A stretch of 63,787 nt of DNA, counting the filler, from an uncultured Methanosarcinales archaeon (GTDB lineage Archaea; Nanobdellota; Nanobdellia; Woesearchaeales; CAYZNE01), in the NCBI GenBank assembly GCA_964405295.1. It is 3 parts of 2 records of this genome, joined end to end, with 100 filler letters (N's around TTAATTAATTAA, not from the genome) between each part and the next. Parts side by side here need not be neighbours in the genome. Positions count along the whole stretch, not along the records: positions 20,798 to 46,552 come from CAYONI010000004.1; 2 more parts are not named here. One strand, given 5' to 3'. The number at the start of each line of letters is the position of its first letter. The stretch's first letter is position 1. Made by a program: the position numbers and the translations under genes. The notes below the pieces were generated by a model. It had not been told where the DNA came from. It ran no database searches and saw only the letters and a program-made list of their open reading frames with translations. Positions 34,084 to 44,331 of this stretch are shown one piece after another.

Positions 34084-37000
34084 ATGCAAAATAAAATTAT
34101 AAAGAGAAATGCGCAAAGTTCTACAGAATTAATAATAGTGATAACCATGTTTCTTTTGGTGTTTAGTTTTTTCTTTTATTTTGGTCAGAATAAGTTATTT
34201 GATAATACAACTGCACATGGAATAAGTATGGTTAAAAATTCACTGCAAGATATTGTAAATGAGATTGAAAATGTTTATCAGCAGGGTAGTGGTGCATCAT
34301 CAAAAATATTAATTTATTTGCCAGACAATATTGATTCCGCAGAAATAAATAATTCTATAATTAAGTATGTTTTAAATAGTGGAAAGCTTATATATAAAAA
34401 TACAAATGTTCCTGTAATTGGTGAAGTCCCTGTAACAGGGCCAACTTGGGTTCATATTGTTTCATTAGAAGGTTATGTTTTCGTTTATTATGATATATTT
34501 GATGTTACGCCTTCTTCTATTCATGAATCTTTTTTTGAAACAAACACTAGCATAAAAACGTTTACAATAAATAATTTATTTAATGAAATTATTGATTTTA
34601 ATATTACTTATAGCGGTGATGTAGAAATTCCTATGGTTCTTTCTGATAATATTCTTTTAATACCTGGTAAAGGATTTAGTTCATTTAATTTAAATATTAC
34701 TGTTCCCGAAAATACAAGTTATGGTAGATATGATGGAATATTAAGAGTTGATGCAATTAGTAGAGATACAAAAATTATAGAAAACAGGAGTATCCCCATA
34801 ACTGTTGATTTATTTCATAACGGAAGTACTTCTTTACAGGCTGTGATTGGTATACTTCCAAATACTTGGAATATTAATCCTGCATACCCTAATTATGAAC
34901 AAAATAGTGAGTTCTATGTTTATTCTGGATTTAATATAACAAAGAATGTTTCACTTAATTTCTCTGGGCCAATAGCAGATTGGTTTTCATTTACTTCTTG
35001 GAGCATAAATCATACAACAGATTATAACCTTTCAATTCTTCCAGAGTATTATAGTTCTTTTTCAATATATGTAAAACCAGAGAATAATTCATTGACAGGT
35101 AATTATACTTCTTACGTTAATTATTATTATAATAGAACTATATTTGAGCAAACAGAATTATTAACTGGGCAGGTTGAAATAAACATAGAATTGTTTGAAG
35201 ATTCAAATCCGCCAATAATTGAAAACATTACTATATATAAATATGTTTTTGAACTTGGAGAATCTGCTTGTATATATGCAGATGTAATTGATGACAAAGG
35301 AATTAATTCTATAGAATTGGAGTATAATAATTCCGATGGGAGTTACATTGTTCAATTGACTAATGGTTCATGTGAAGAATCAAAATATAGCGCACTAATT
35401 CCATTAACAAAAATAGGAGAATATGGTTTTGGGAATATCACTGCACATGATTATGCAGAAAATGTGGCAACAGCTTTTTCAAATATTTCAGTTGATGTAA
35501 TATTTGCCATTTATGGAGGAGGATTTAATGGAACAATAATTGAAAATCCTGATGATTCTTGTTGGCTTAGTGGAGGAAATACTTGGAATAATAACTTAGT
35601 CCAGTTTATAGGGGATGGTTTAGAAGTTGCAGCCTATAATGATGATTGGGATTTAGGTAATTGTCCAAGTGAAAGTTATGATTATATACAATTTAATTTT
35701 GACAACCTTAGCGTGCCGAATATAAATATTACAAGTTTTAGTGTTAGTCTTACTCATAATGAAGACCGTGATGATGGAGTGCTCCCCTCAGAAGTTGAAT
35801 CATTTTCAAGCAGATCAATGTTTCAATGCTTTAATGGTACTAATTGGAAAGACATGCAGATAATGCCTATTTCTTTATCTCCAATAAATTTTGATGTGGT
35901 AGATATTAGTACTTGTGTAAAGAATGCTGATATCGCAAATAATTTGAGTTTAAGATTTATATTTGACCCAGTAAACAGTACTGATGCATATATGTATCTT
36001 GATAGTATTACTTCAACAATTTTAACAAAAGAGTTTAGTCTGATTGATCTTTGGCCAGATGCCCTGTTTGATACAAGAGTCGCTTTTAATGCTTTAAATT
36101 CAATTGATAATACATTTTATATTGACGCAGCTGCAAATTTTATAACAATAAATTTACTTCAAAACTCAGAGTTTATTAATTTAAATTCATGGAATACAAA
36201 TGGTAATATTCATCATTTGGTTGGGGAAGATACTGTAATATTTAATGAAGATTTTGAATCATCTACATGGAATACTAATTGGACTGTTTCTCAAGGGGGA
36301 GGGGATATTATCAGAGATACTGATGAGTATGCAGGAGTATATGGTCTTTCTTTTTCAGGGTTTGGTAATGGTAAGGGCTTAATTTATCATAGTATTAATC
36401 TGTCATCTGTAAGTTCACCAACCTTAGAATTTTATTATGCTCTTGAATCTCTTGAATCTGGTGATGAAGCATTTGTTGATATCTATGATGGTAGTTGGGA
36501 TAATGGAGTCTTTATATTTGGACCAGATGGAAGTGTCTCTCCTACAAGCCCCTCTGATTATACTTTAGAAAGTTTAGACCTTTCATCTTATGATCTTATT
36601 GATGATTTCAGAATACAATTTAGATCTTCAGGAAAACACTCTAATGACATGTTTCTAATAGATGAAATAAGTGTGAAGACTCAGGGAGGAGTTGGTCTGA
36701 CAAATTTCTTTATAGTTAATGATAGTTTTGGATCTGTAGACCAAAACTTTACTTTAAACAAAGATCCAATAAATGTAACTTTAGGTATAACCCATAGTGG
36801 ATCAGAAGATAACTTTCTTGGTGCCGCATTTGCTTTTTGCAATCTTACTTCTTCTGGAGGAGAAATTAATGTTTGGAACGAAACATGGACTTCTGATATT
36901 CACAATGGTTCTCCGATAAGTGAGATAATAGATATTTCTTCTATTGTGAATAGCACAAACTTTACTTATAATATTGAATGTGGTGCAATAGTAGGAGCTG

Positions 37001-37683
37001 GTACAACTATTGCATTTGATGATATCTGGATTAATATTACTTATGTAGATAGTCAAACAAATGATGGTTGGGATTGGGCTGATGCAATATATGATGATGA
37101 TGGAACTTATGGATCAACGTTTATTACCCATGGAGATCCAAGTGGAATATCTGATACAACTGAGCCTAATCAAATTAGTATAACTATTGGCGGTGCAAAT
37201 AGTGGCATAAGTGAAGGAATCGCAAGTGGTGCTTGGGGAATAGAGTTTACAATTGATGAAGAAACTTGGGAAAAAATTGATAATAATGAAGCAAGAGCAT
37301 TATTGTCTTTAGAATACTCTGTAATTGATCTTTTATTGTCCACATCAGGAGTTGGTATGGGGGGTGTATGGGTAAAATCAAGAATTACTCACGAGGATAC
37401 AATCAATTATTTAGGGACAAATATAGATAATAGTATTGAATCAACATTTAATTATAATGATAATACAAAAGAGTTATGGGCTGCAGTGGATCTTTTATAT
37501 CCTGGTTGGAATAGCCCTGCAATGAGAAGTTATTCTGAGGATATCAGTCAATACATAACTTCTTCTGGAATATATTTTATTGATTTTGGAGGAAAAATAA
37601 GTTGGATCGGTGGAGTAAAGTATGATGATGAAGGAGTAAAATTTACTTTTGATAACATAAGATTATTAATAGAGGAAGAATGA
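34084..37683 (+). CDS. Large pilin-like adhesin, paralog with extra inserted domains
   Basis: KRNA/QSSTE signal; shares DGWDW, ASGAWG, ELWAAVD and DFGGK with the previous ORF. Confidence 0.8.
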   Translation: MQNKIIKRNAQSSTELIIVITMFLLVFSFFFYFGQNKLFDNTTAHGISMVKNSLQDIVNEIENVYQQGSGASSKILIYLPDNIDSAEINNSIIKYVLNSGKLIYKNTNVPVIGEVPVTGPTWVHIVSLEGYVFVYYDIFDVTPSSIHESFFETNTSIKTFTINNLFNEIIDFNITYSGDVEIPMVLSDNILLIPGKGFSSFNLNITVPENTSYGRYDGILRVDAISRDTKIIENRSIPITVDLFHNGSTSLQAVIGILPNTWNINPAYPNYEQNSEFYVYSGFNITKNVSLNFSGPIADWFSFTSWSINHTTDYNLSILPEYYSSFSIYVKPENNSLTGNYTSYVNYYYNRTIFEQTELLTGQVEINIELFEDSNPPIIENITIYKYVFELGESACIYADVIDDKGINSIELEYNNSDGSYIVQLTNGSCEESKYSALIPLTKIGEYGFGNITAHDYAENVATAFSNISVDVIFAIYGGGFNGTIIENPDDSCWLSGGNTWNNNLVQFIGDGLEVAAYNDDWDLGNCPSESYDYIQFNFDNLSVPNINITSFSVSLTHNEDRDDGVLPSEVESFSSRSMFQCFNGTNWKDMQIMPISLSPINFDVVDISTCVKNADIANNLSLRFIFDPVNSTDAYMYLDSITSTILTKEFSLIDLWPDALFDTRVAFNALNSIDNTFYIDAAANFITINLLQNSEFINLNSWNTNGNIHHLVGEDTVIFNEDFESSTWNTNWTVSQGGGDIIRDTDEYAGVYGLSFSGFGNGKGLIYHSINLSSVSSPTLEFYYALESLESGDEAFVDIYDGSWDNGVFIFGPDGSVSPTSPSDYTLESLDLSSYDLIDDFRIQFRSSGKHSNDMFLIDEISVKTQGGVGLTNFFIVNDSFGSVDQNFTLNKDPINVTLGITHSGSEDNFLGAAFAFCNLTSSGGEINVWNETWTSDIHNGSPISEIIDISSIVNSTNFTYNIECGAIVGAGTTIAFDDIWINITYVDSQTNDGWDWADAIYDDDGTYGSTFITHGDPSGISDTTEPNQISITIGGANSGISEGIASGAWGIEFTIDEETWEKIDNNEARALLSLEYSVIDLLLSTSGVGMGGVWVKSRITHEDTINYLGTNIDNSIESTFNYNDNTKELWAAVDLLYPGWNSPAMRSYSEDISQYITSSGIYFIDFGGKISWIGGVKYDDEGVKFTFDNIRLLIEEE

Positions 37684-38081
37684 AAAAAGCACAGTCTACA
37701 GTTGAAGCAATGATCGTATTTGCAGTACTTTTAATATTGTTCACTTCGATTTTTGCATATACTACTCTGGTTGAGAAAGATGTTTGGAGAACTAGGGAAA
37801 CTATTTATGCACGAGATTTGTGTGATAGTGTTGGCTGGTCAATAAATCAAGTGTATCAAGCAGGAGAAGGCGCATCTAGTTTTGTTTATTTGCCTGAAAC
37901 GCTTTATGGTAATATTGACTATAATATAACAATTTATCCTGAGCCACAAATAATTGAAATTGTTTGGTTAGAAAAAAGATATTTAATAAGCTTGTTAACT
38001 CCAGAAATACTTGGTAACTTGCAATTGCAACCTGGAAGATTAAATATTACTAATAATGGAGGGATATTTCTTGATCAATAA
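37680..38081 (+). CDS. Minor pilin-like protein
   Basis: KKA/QSTVE class III signal. Confidence 0.8.
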   Translation: MKKAQSTVEAMIVFAVLLILFTSIFAYTTLVEKDVWRTRETIYARDLCDSVGWSINQVYQAGEGASSFVYLPETLYGNIDYNITIYPEPQIIEIVWLEKRYLISLLTPEILGNLQLQPGRLNITNNGGIFLDQ

Positions 38082-38559
38082 AAAAAGCCAGGTGTTCTCA
38101 CTTGATCTTTTATTTTCTATTATAATTCTTATATTTATACTACTTGGATCTTTTTGGACGTGGAATTATGCACAAGGAAGAATTCAAGAGATTCATTCAA
38201 TGAAGAGTCTTCAATTAACAACTCAAAACACAGTTAATGAATTAGTTAGACAACCTGGGATTCCAGTTGATTGGCAATTCCATAATAATTTAAGTAATAT
38301 ATCTGCGTTCGGGCTTGCAGATCAATCAATTAATTATGCAAATCAAGAAAAAATAGATAAATTAATAATGTACGGAAATAATTTTTATCAGGAATCTAGA
38401 CAAAAGTTACATATAGGAAAATATAATTATTTTTTAACAATAGGTGCAAATTCTACTGGTCTTTTTCCAAATGAATCATCAAATATTATTTCCATGGAAG
38501 ATGTTATGCTGCTTGATAATGGGACCATAATAAAAGTAGAGCTGAGGTTGTGGACATGA
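38056..38559 (+). CDS. Minor pilin-like protein
   Basis: KKS/QVFSLD, PGIPVDW. Confidence 0.7.
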   Translation: MEGYFLINKKSQVFSLDLLFSIIILIFILLGSFWTWNYAQGRIQEIHSMKSLQLTTQNTVNELVRQPGIPVDWQFHNNLSNISAFGLADQSINYANQEKIDKLIMYGNNFYQESRQKLHIGKYNYFLTIGANSTGLFPNESSNIISMEDVMLLDNGTIIKVELRLWT

Positions 38560-38969
38560 ACAAGAAGGGAATAATTTTAACTTTAGATGTGTTATTTGCT
38601 CTTTTAATAACTGCAACTTTGTTAAGTGCAATACTGTTTAATTTAAGAAGTATTTCCCTAGATGAGTGGACAGATAATCGTTTAATAGAAAATAGTATGA
38701 GCCATTTAGTATTACTTGAGCAAACAGGTTTATTAAAGGATGTTATAGTTTCAGAGTCAACAGATAATATTAAAACTTATCTTAACACATATCTACAATT
38801 AAACATATGCTCAAAGATTCTTATTTACAATGAGTCAAGCGAATTGATGTATACAGAAATTAAGACGGGTTGTTTTGATTCACGAAAAATTGCAATTACA
38901 AAAAGTTCCTTTGTTGTGAACGAAGAATTTTATTATGTAGAATTACAAGGGTGGTATCGTGAAGAGTAA
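38550..38969 (+). CDS. Minor pilin-like protein
   Basis: KKG/IILTLD plus hydrophobic helix. Confidence 0.7.
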   Translation: MDMNKKGIILTLDVLFALLITATLLSAILFNLRSISLDEWTDNRLIENSMSHLVLLEQTGLLKDVIVSESTDNIKTYLNTYLQLNICSKILIYNESSELMYTEIKTGCFDSRKIAITKSSFVVNEEFYYVELQGWYREE

Positions 38970-39753
38970 AAAAGCAGTATTGTTTAGTTTAATGTCATTG
39001 CTTTTACTTATTTCAATCCTGGTAATTTCAAATGTTTATCTTCAAAGTAATAAAGATCAAAATAGGCATGCAAACAGATTTTTATATGCTAGTCGTCTAC
39101 AATTTATTGAAAATGATGTTGCGCTAGACATTATAGAACTTCTTGGGCTTGAGGTTGATATAATTAGGGATATTGATAGATCATCAATTTATATTAAAGA
39201 TTTAATGTTAAACGATCAATCGATAACACTGGCACCTTATGCTGCTTTTCTTAAGAATAATTTTAGTAAGGTTATTAATAATCAAATAAATTTAACACAG
39301 CTATCTGAATTTAACATAAATAATATCAAGTTAGATTTGAGAGACAAATCTGTAAGTATAGATAACTTATCAAATATTTATTCTATTGATATAGCTCTTA
39401 AGGCAACGTCTGTAGGAGATATAAATAATACTGTGCATCCTGCAACTCAAGGTTCTGGAAGCTTTGTTAATGTTACAATAGAAGATTATAATTCTAACAT
39501 TGTATTGGATGAGAACTTGCAATTTGAATTAGGACAAAATCAAATTGCGTTTAATGCAAGTAACGGTGGCGAGTACGTAAGTTTAACACTTTCTAATAAT
39601 TTAATGAATATTGATTCTACAATTGACATAAATCTTGACATTAAAATAACTTTTATTGATAATAGACAAATTAAATTAACTATTGGTAATTCAAGTATGA
39701 CTAGCATGGTTGGCATTGATAAAGGAGGCCCAATTCTTTTAGCTAAAGGATAA
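38959..39753 (+). CDS. Pilin-like protein
   Basis: KKA/VLFSL plus hydrophobic helix; overlaps the upstream gene. Confidence 0.65.
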   Translation: MKSKKAVLFSLMSLLLLISILVISNVYLQSNKDQNRHANRFLYASRLQFIENDVALDIIELLGLEVDIIRDIDRSSIYIKDLMLNDQSITLAPYAAFLKNNFSKVINNQINLTQLSEFNINNIKLDLRDKSVSIDNLSNIYSIDIALKATSVGDINNTVHPATQGSGSFVNVTIEDYNSNIVLDENLQFELGQNQIAFNASNGGEYVSLTLSNNLMNIDSTIDINLDIKITFIDNRQIKLTIGNSSMTSMVGIDKGGPILLAKG

Positions 39754-39785
39754 ACTCTATAAATAAACTTGGTGGATATAATAAA

Positions 39786-40217
39786 ATGAAACATTTGAAA
39801 TTCATAATTATTAGCATAACTATAATTTTGTTAATTATGTTATTACTATTTTTTAATAAGGAGCAATATTTAGAAAATGGAAACTTGAGAGATGATATTA
39901 CAGATAATTTAGAAGAAAATACAACTAATAATCTTTCCCAAAATAACTTAACACAAGAAAGTGAACAAGGTCTTATTGAAGAAGACGGTTCTGAGTCCGG
40001 ATTTATGGGTGGAGGACCTAATAGTTCTGGTGATGATGATATAATTGAGCCAGTAGAAGATTGTGTATCAAGAGGGGGAACTTGTTACGACCTAGGAGCT
40101 GGTGCTGGTTGTAAGCAATACAATAATGATTTAATTCTACACTCAGGAGTTCCTTGTTTAGTTTCAGGAACCAAGATTATTGATCCTACAAAGATTTGTT
40201 GTGTCATAAGAGATTGA
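39786..40217 (+). CDS. Membrane-anchored protein with acidic linker and small Cys-rich domain
   Basis: N-terminal TM; CVSRGGTC...C...C...CC. Confidence 0.65.
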   Translation: MKHLKFIIISITIILLIMLLLFFNKEQYLENGNLRDDITDNLEENTTNNLSQNNLTQESEQGLIEEDGSESGFMGGGPNSSGDDDIIEPVEDCVSRGGTCYDLGAGAGCKQYNNDLILHSGVPCLVSGTKIIDPTKICCVIRD

Positions 40218-40232
40218 TGGTTAAAAGATATT

Positions 40233-41129
40233 TTATTTAGAACTTTTTATTTTATTATAATATTCTAATGCAGATTGATCCTTTTTTTTAATTTGCTGTT
40301 CAAAAAATTCCTCTGGAAGATAAGCTATTTCGGGATTTATGTTTGAATAAAAAAGGACGGTTATTTGTTTTGAAGGGGATGTACTTGTTGGATATACAAA
40401 AAAGGTGTCTGATTTATTAGAGTAAACTTTAGCTTTTTTTGATAGATCAACTCCAATTTGAAGAAGATTATTTCTGCTAATATTTGCTTCAAATTCAGAT
40501 TTTAAGCATAATGGTTTTTCGCCAAGTATAAGCTCTGTGGTATTTGGGGTTAATATCTGTTTATAATATGAACTGTATTCGTTAATTTGTTCATGTAGTC
40601 TGCTATTTGAATGTTCTTCATTGTAAGGGGTATTTTCTACAATAATATTCACTGCATCTTGAATATTAATAGAATTATCTTGGTTTTTACTGATCCAATA
40701 TAAAATATGGTCTGATTTTATTGCTAAATCTTCAGGCGTAGTTCCGTTGTGCATGATAAATCTTGTCTCGTTTGTATGGTCATCAGTATCATGAAATCTG
40801 TTAATTCTAATATTATCAAATAAATTTAGAATATCAATTAATAATTCTTCTGAAAATGATATTTGAGAGTTATATTTCTTTAATGCTTCATCCCTGTTGT
40901 CATAATCATCATCAGATTTTTTATACCCTGGTATATGCTCTGAGAATTTAAATTTTATTAAGTCTCTTTCTGTTATCAAGGTTTTTAGTCCTGGAAAATA
41001 ATCATCATCTGTTTTTATACCGTTGAGAATTGAAAGAATAACCTTATTTGGAGTGAAATTGTTTCCTAGAATAACTCTTAGTTTTTGACACCTGTCTTCT
41101 AATTTGACTTTTTTAGTTTTTTCAGCCAT
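40233..41129 (-). CDS. Hypothetical protein
   Basis: 298-aa ORF, no motif recognised. Confidence 0.6.
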   Translation of the reverse strand: MAEKTKKVKLEDRCQKLRVILGNNFTPNKVILSILNGIKTDDDYFPGLKTLITERDLIKFKFSEHIPGYKKSDDDYDNRDEALKKYNSQISFSEELLIDILNLFDNIRINRFHDTDDHTNETRFIMHNGTTPEDLAIKSDHILYWISKNQDNSINIQDAVNIIVENTPYNEEHSNSRLHEQINEYSSYYKQILTPNTTELILGEKPLCLKSEFEANISRNNLLQIGVDLSKKAKVYSNKSDTFFVYPTSTSPSKQITVLFYSNINPEIAYLPEEFFEQQIKKKDQSALEYYNKIKSSK

Positions 41130-41223
41130 GTTGTCTCTATTCTTCTTAAATAGTATAATATTTATAAATGTTTAGGTATCTGTTGTTACTTTGTAGTAAA
41201 TATCTTTGTGTGTTGGTTTGTCG

Positions 41224-41299
41224 GCGAAGTTAGCCTTTCAGTCGCTTTTCGTGGCTCACACGAATGACGACTGTTTTTTTATGTTTTGGGTCACTTCGC
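41224..41299. repeat. Nested inverted repeat (long imperfect hairpin)
   Basis: GCGAAGT/ACTTCGC, CAGTCG/CGACTG and TTCGTG/CACGAA nested stems. Confidence 0.7.
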
Positions 41300-41493
41300 T
41301 TTCTGGAGTCTCAAACCCTTAAATTCTTGCTTTACAGAGGTTAGTGTCTCTATTTTTTTATAAAAGTTGTCAATGTTTTCTGGAGTTTGTGGGTTTTGAT
41401 CATTATGGATTAACTTAATTTAAAGAATAACTTTTTAAAAGATAAATCTAATTTATTTTTTAAAAAGAGTGTGTTGAATAAATTATAAAATTA

Positions 41494-42156
41494 TTGGAGG
41501 TATTTATGGAAAAAGAATTAATTATATTAAGTGTACTAATGGTTATTGCTGTATTTGTGATTTCAGGCTGTTCTAGTGGAGAAGCTATCAAAGGGGTTAG
41601 AAAAGATGTTAGTCTTAAAACAAGCGAACCTGTTAAAACTGTTAGAAATCAGTCTTTTTGTAATGATACTGATTTTGGTATAAAACCATTTGTTCATGGT
41701 GTAGTTTTTAGTTTAAATGGAACTCATAATGATAGTTGTAAAAATAATCATGCTGTAACAGAATATTATTGTAATGGTACTGAAGCAAGATCGACTTATA
41801 TTGATTGTGAAAATTTATCTCCTAATGGTATTTGTCAAGGAGGAATTTGTATAAATGGTTCATCTAATAACCAGACAAATACTACTTGCATAGATAGTGA
41901 TGGTGGTTTAAATTATTACGAGTATGGTTTCTTAACATTAAGTCAAGGAGGTCATTCTTATGATGCTTGTGTTAATGCATCAATAAATAATACCAATGTA
42001 ACTTTATTGAGTGAAAGATATTGTACTCCTTCTGGAGGAATTGGCGTATTTACTTTTTCATGTCCAATTGCTTGTGCAAATGGTGCTTGTATTAATAATG
42101 GAACTATACCTCATAATGTTTCTGTTATGAATAATACTATTAATGCAACGAGATAA
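41494..42156 (+). CDS. Secreted or lipoprotein Cys-rich protein with two C.D[ST]D.G repeats (probable start 41506)
   Basis: VISGC lipobox-like motif; CNDTDFG...EYYC and CIDSDGG...ERYC. Confidence 0.75.
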   Translation: MEVFMEKELIILSVLMVIAVFVISGCSSGEAIKGVRKDVSLKTSEPVKTVRNQSFCNDTDFGIKPFVHGVVFSLNGTHNDSCKNNHAVTEYYCNGTEARSTYIDCENLSPNGICQGGICINGSSNNQTNTTCIDSDGGLNYYEYGFLTLSQGGHSYDACVNASINNTNVTLLSERYCTPSGGIGVFTFSCPIACANGACINNGTIPHNVSVMNNTINATR

Positions 42157-42259
42157 ATAAATTTTTATTATTTTTTTTGTTTTTGTATTACTTTTGATAT
42201 ACATTCTCCGACACCCATTTTTATATTATATTTGCCATTAAGTTGATGGTGATGTAAAT

Positions 42260-42766
42260 ATGGATTATAAGAGAGAGCCTTTGGAAGAGGATGAAGTTTT
42301 TTTGTTGAAGAAGTCTTGTAAGAGTTTTGATGAGGAGCTCATTATTAATGTTCTTTTGGAAACTGGTTTGAGGGTTTCGGAGTTTGCAAATCTTAAGGAG
42401 GATAATGTTTCTTGGCAGAGAAGTTGTATAACTTTGATTGGTAAGGGTAATAAGCGGAGGGTTGTTCCTATGAGTTCTTTGGTTAGATTTTATTTGACTC
42501 AGTTGTTTTCTCGTAGTTCTAGGGTTAAGTTGGCTGTTAGAACTATTCAGAAGTATGTTAAGAATGTTGCTGAAAGATCAAGGATTACAAAGGTTGTTAG
42601 TCCTCATGTTTTAAGACATACCTTTGCGGTTACATATTTGCACAGAGGGGGCAATTTGAGGGCTTTGCAAGGTATTTTAGGTCATAGTTCTATTGTTACT
42701 ACTGATATTTATTTGAATTATTCTGGCAAGAGAGTTATTGACGATTTTCAAAAAATTTGGGAGTAA
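42260..42766 (+). CDS. Tyrosine recombinase, catalytic domain only
   Basis: TGLRVSE, GKGNKRR, HVLRH, LGH and TTDIY in 168 aa. Confidence 0.92.
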   Translation: MDYKREPLEEDEVFLLKKSCKSFDEELIINVLLETGLRVSEFANLKEDNVSWQRSCITLIGKGNKRRVVPMSSLVRFYLTQLFSRSSRVKLAVRTIQKYVKNVAERSRITKVVSPHVLRHTFAVTYLHRGGNLRALQGILGHSSIVTTDIYLNYSGKRVIDDFQKIWE

Positions 42767-43773
42767 TAAAAATGGGTTTGTTCAAAATATTAATGCATTT
42801 GTTGATGGTTTCTGTTGTTGCTTATTGTATTTATGGTTTTCGTCAATTGTTTATGATTGAATATACAAAATTTGTTATTGTAAATATGGTTATCATATTA
42901 ATTGTTATTGAGTATTATAATTATGTTTTTCATAGGTCTTGGTTTAATTTTTTAAAAAGGAAGAAGGATTATAAAGAACTATTAAGAAAAGAAGATGAAC
43001 TATATGATAAATTATTGAATACTAAAATTAAGTATTTTAGTTCTGGTGAAATGTTAGCTTTTATTAAGAAGGTTAAGGATTTTAATTCTTCAAGCAGGAA
43101 TCATATTATTAATGATAAATTGATTGAAGCAAAGGAAATTCTAAAAGAGGTTCAATATAAAGAAAGAATAGAAGAATTGAGTACTGAGAAAGATTCAATT
43201 AATGATGAAATACAAGAGTTAAAATTAGAAAAGAGAAGGCTTGAAAATGAGGAAGAAGCTGAGATTGAAGACATATTAGAAAATCTTGATATTGAAGAAG
43301 AAACTATTTTTTATAAAAATGATTTATCTGAGAAAGAAGTTGAAGTATTAAAGAAGGAGGGTTTTAGGCAGAGTAATGAGTATTCTATTTTTTCTAATCA
43401 GAATGAAACTGTTTTAATAAAGTCGGTATTGAATCACTCTAATACTCACATATTTTTATCTTATCAAATTAAAGAGTTACTTGAAAATTTAGATATGGAA
43501 AATGTTCAAGAGCATTTAACTAAAGATGCAGATATCACATTCAAGTATAAGAATAAGTATTATGCTATCGAAATAGAAACAGGCAATTTACTAAAAAAGA
43601 AAAAGCAACTAGCTGAAAAAATTATTTATCTTAATAATAAATACAAAAATAGGTGGTTATTTGTAGTATCTAACAAGAATTTGTTAACAGAATACAAAAA
43701 ATATGGGTTCTCCACCCAAAGAAGTCAAGTGGAGAAAACCTTGAAAAAATGGTTAAAAATTGACACCCTTTAA
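42757..43773 (+). CDS. Two-TM, coiled-coil protein with PD-(D/E)xK-like C-terminal domain
   Basis: Two hydrophobic helices, E/K-rich coil, DADITF...YAIEIETG. Confidence 0.6.
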   Translation: MGVIKMGLFKILMHLLMVSVVAYCIYGFRQLFMIEYTKFVIVNMVIILIVIEYYNYVFHRSWFNFLKRKKDYKELLRKEDELYDKLLNTKIKYFSSGEMLAFIKKVKDFNSSSRNHIINDKLIEAKEILKEVQYKERIEELSTEKDSINDEIQELKLEKRRLENEEEAEIEDILENLDIEEETIFYKNDLSEKEVEVLKKEGFRQSNEYSIFSNQNETVLIKSVLNHSNTHIFLSYQIKELLENLDMENVQEHLTKDADITFKYKNKYYAIEIETGNLLKKKKQLAEKIIYLNNKYKNRWLFVVSNKNLLTEYKKYGFSTQRSQVEKTLKKWLKIDTL

Positions 43774-43857
43774 TTTTGAGTGTTAACTCTTTTTACCGAC
43801 GATAATAATCTTAATTATTCCACAATTTAAGACTCTGTATATGTATATATACTTATG

Positions 43858-44331
43858 TTATTCTTTGCAAAGGCTGTTGAGGTGTTTAAAGAATGTTTCT
43901 GCATTTTTGATACTTTCTTTTGCAGGATCTGCGTTTGCTTGTGGTAGTGTTTTATATGTGAATTTACCTCTTTTACTTTTTTCTACTTGAAAAATTTCTA
44001 AAAGAGTATCTGCTCTTGTTAGTAACTGTTGATATATTTTTAGTAGTTCTACATCAATTATTCCTTTCTCAACAAGTTTCTTAAATTCTTCGTAAGTTTT
44101 TTTGTGTTCTTCTGGTGGTTTTGTTTTTATCCCTTTTACTATTAGATATGCTTTTGTCATATAAAAGATAGAATAATATGCGTGAGAAATAACGCCACTA
44201 TAATATGTGTCTTCAGGCATCTCAAAGATATTTGTTTGAATTTTTTTATCTTCGCTTATTTTCATAATCATTTTAGAAAGGTTTATTTCGTTTATTGCTC
44301 TCTTGATGTATATTTCAGATTCTGAATCCAT
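43858..44331 (-). CDS. HEPN domain protein
   Basis: AYYSIFY..KAYL, EHK and RGKFTY (Rx4Y); coupled to MNT. Confidence 0.85.
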   Translation of the reverse strand: MDSESEIYIKRAINEINLSKMIMKISEDKKIQTNIFEMPEDTYYSGVISHAYYSIFYMTKAYLIVKGIKTKPPEEHKKTYEEFKKLVEKGIIDVELLKIYQQLLTRADTLLEIFQVEKSKRGKFTYKTLPQANADPAKESIKNAETFFKHLNSLCKE

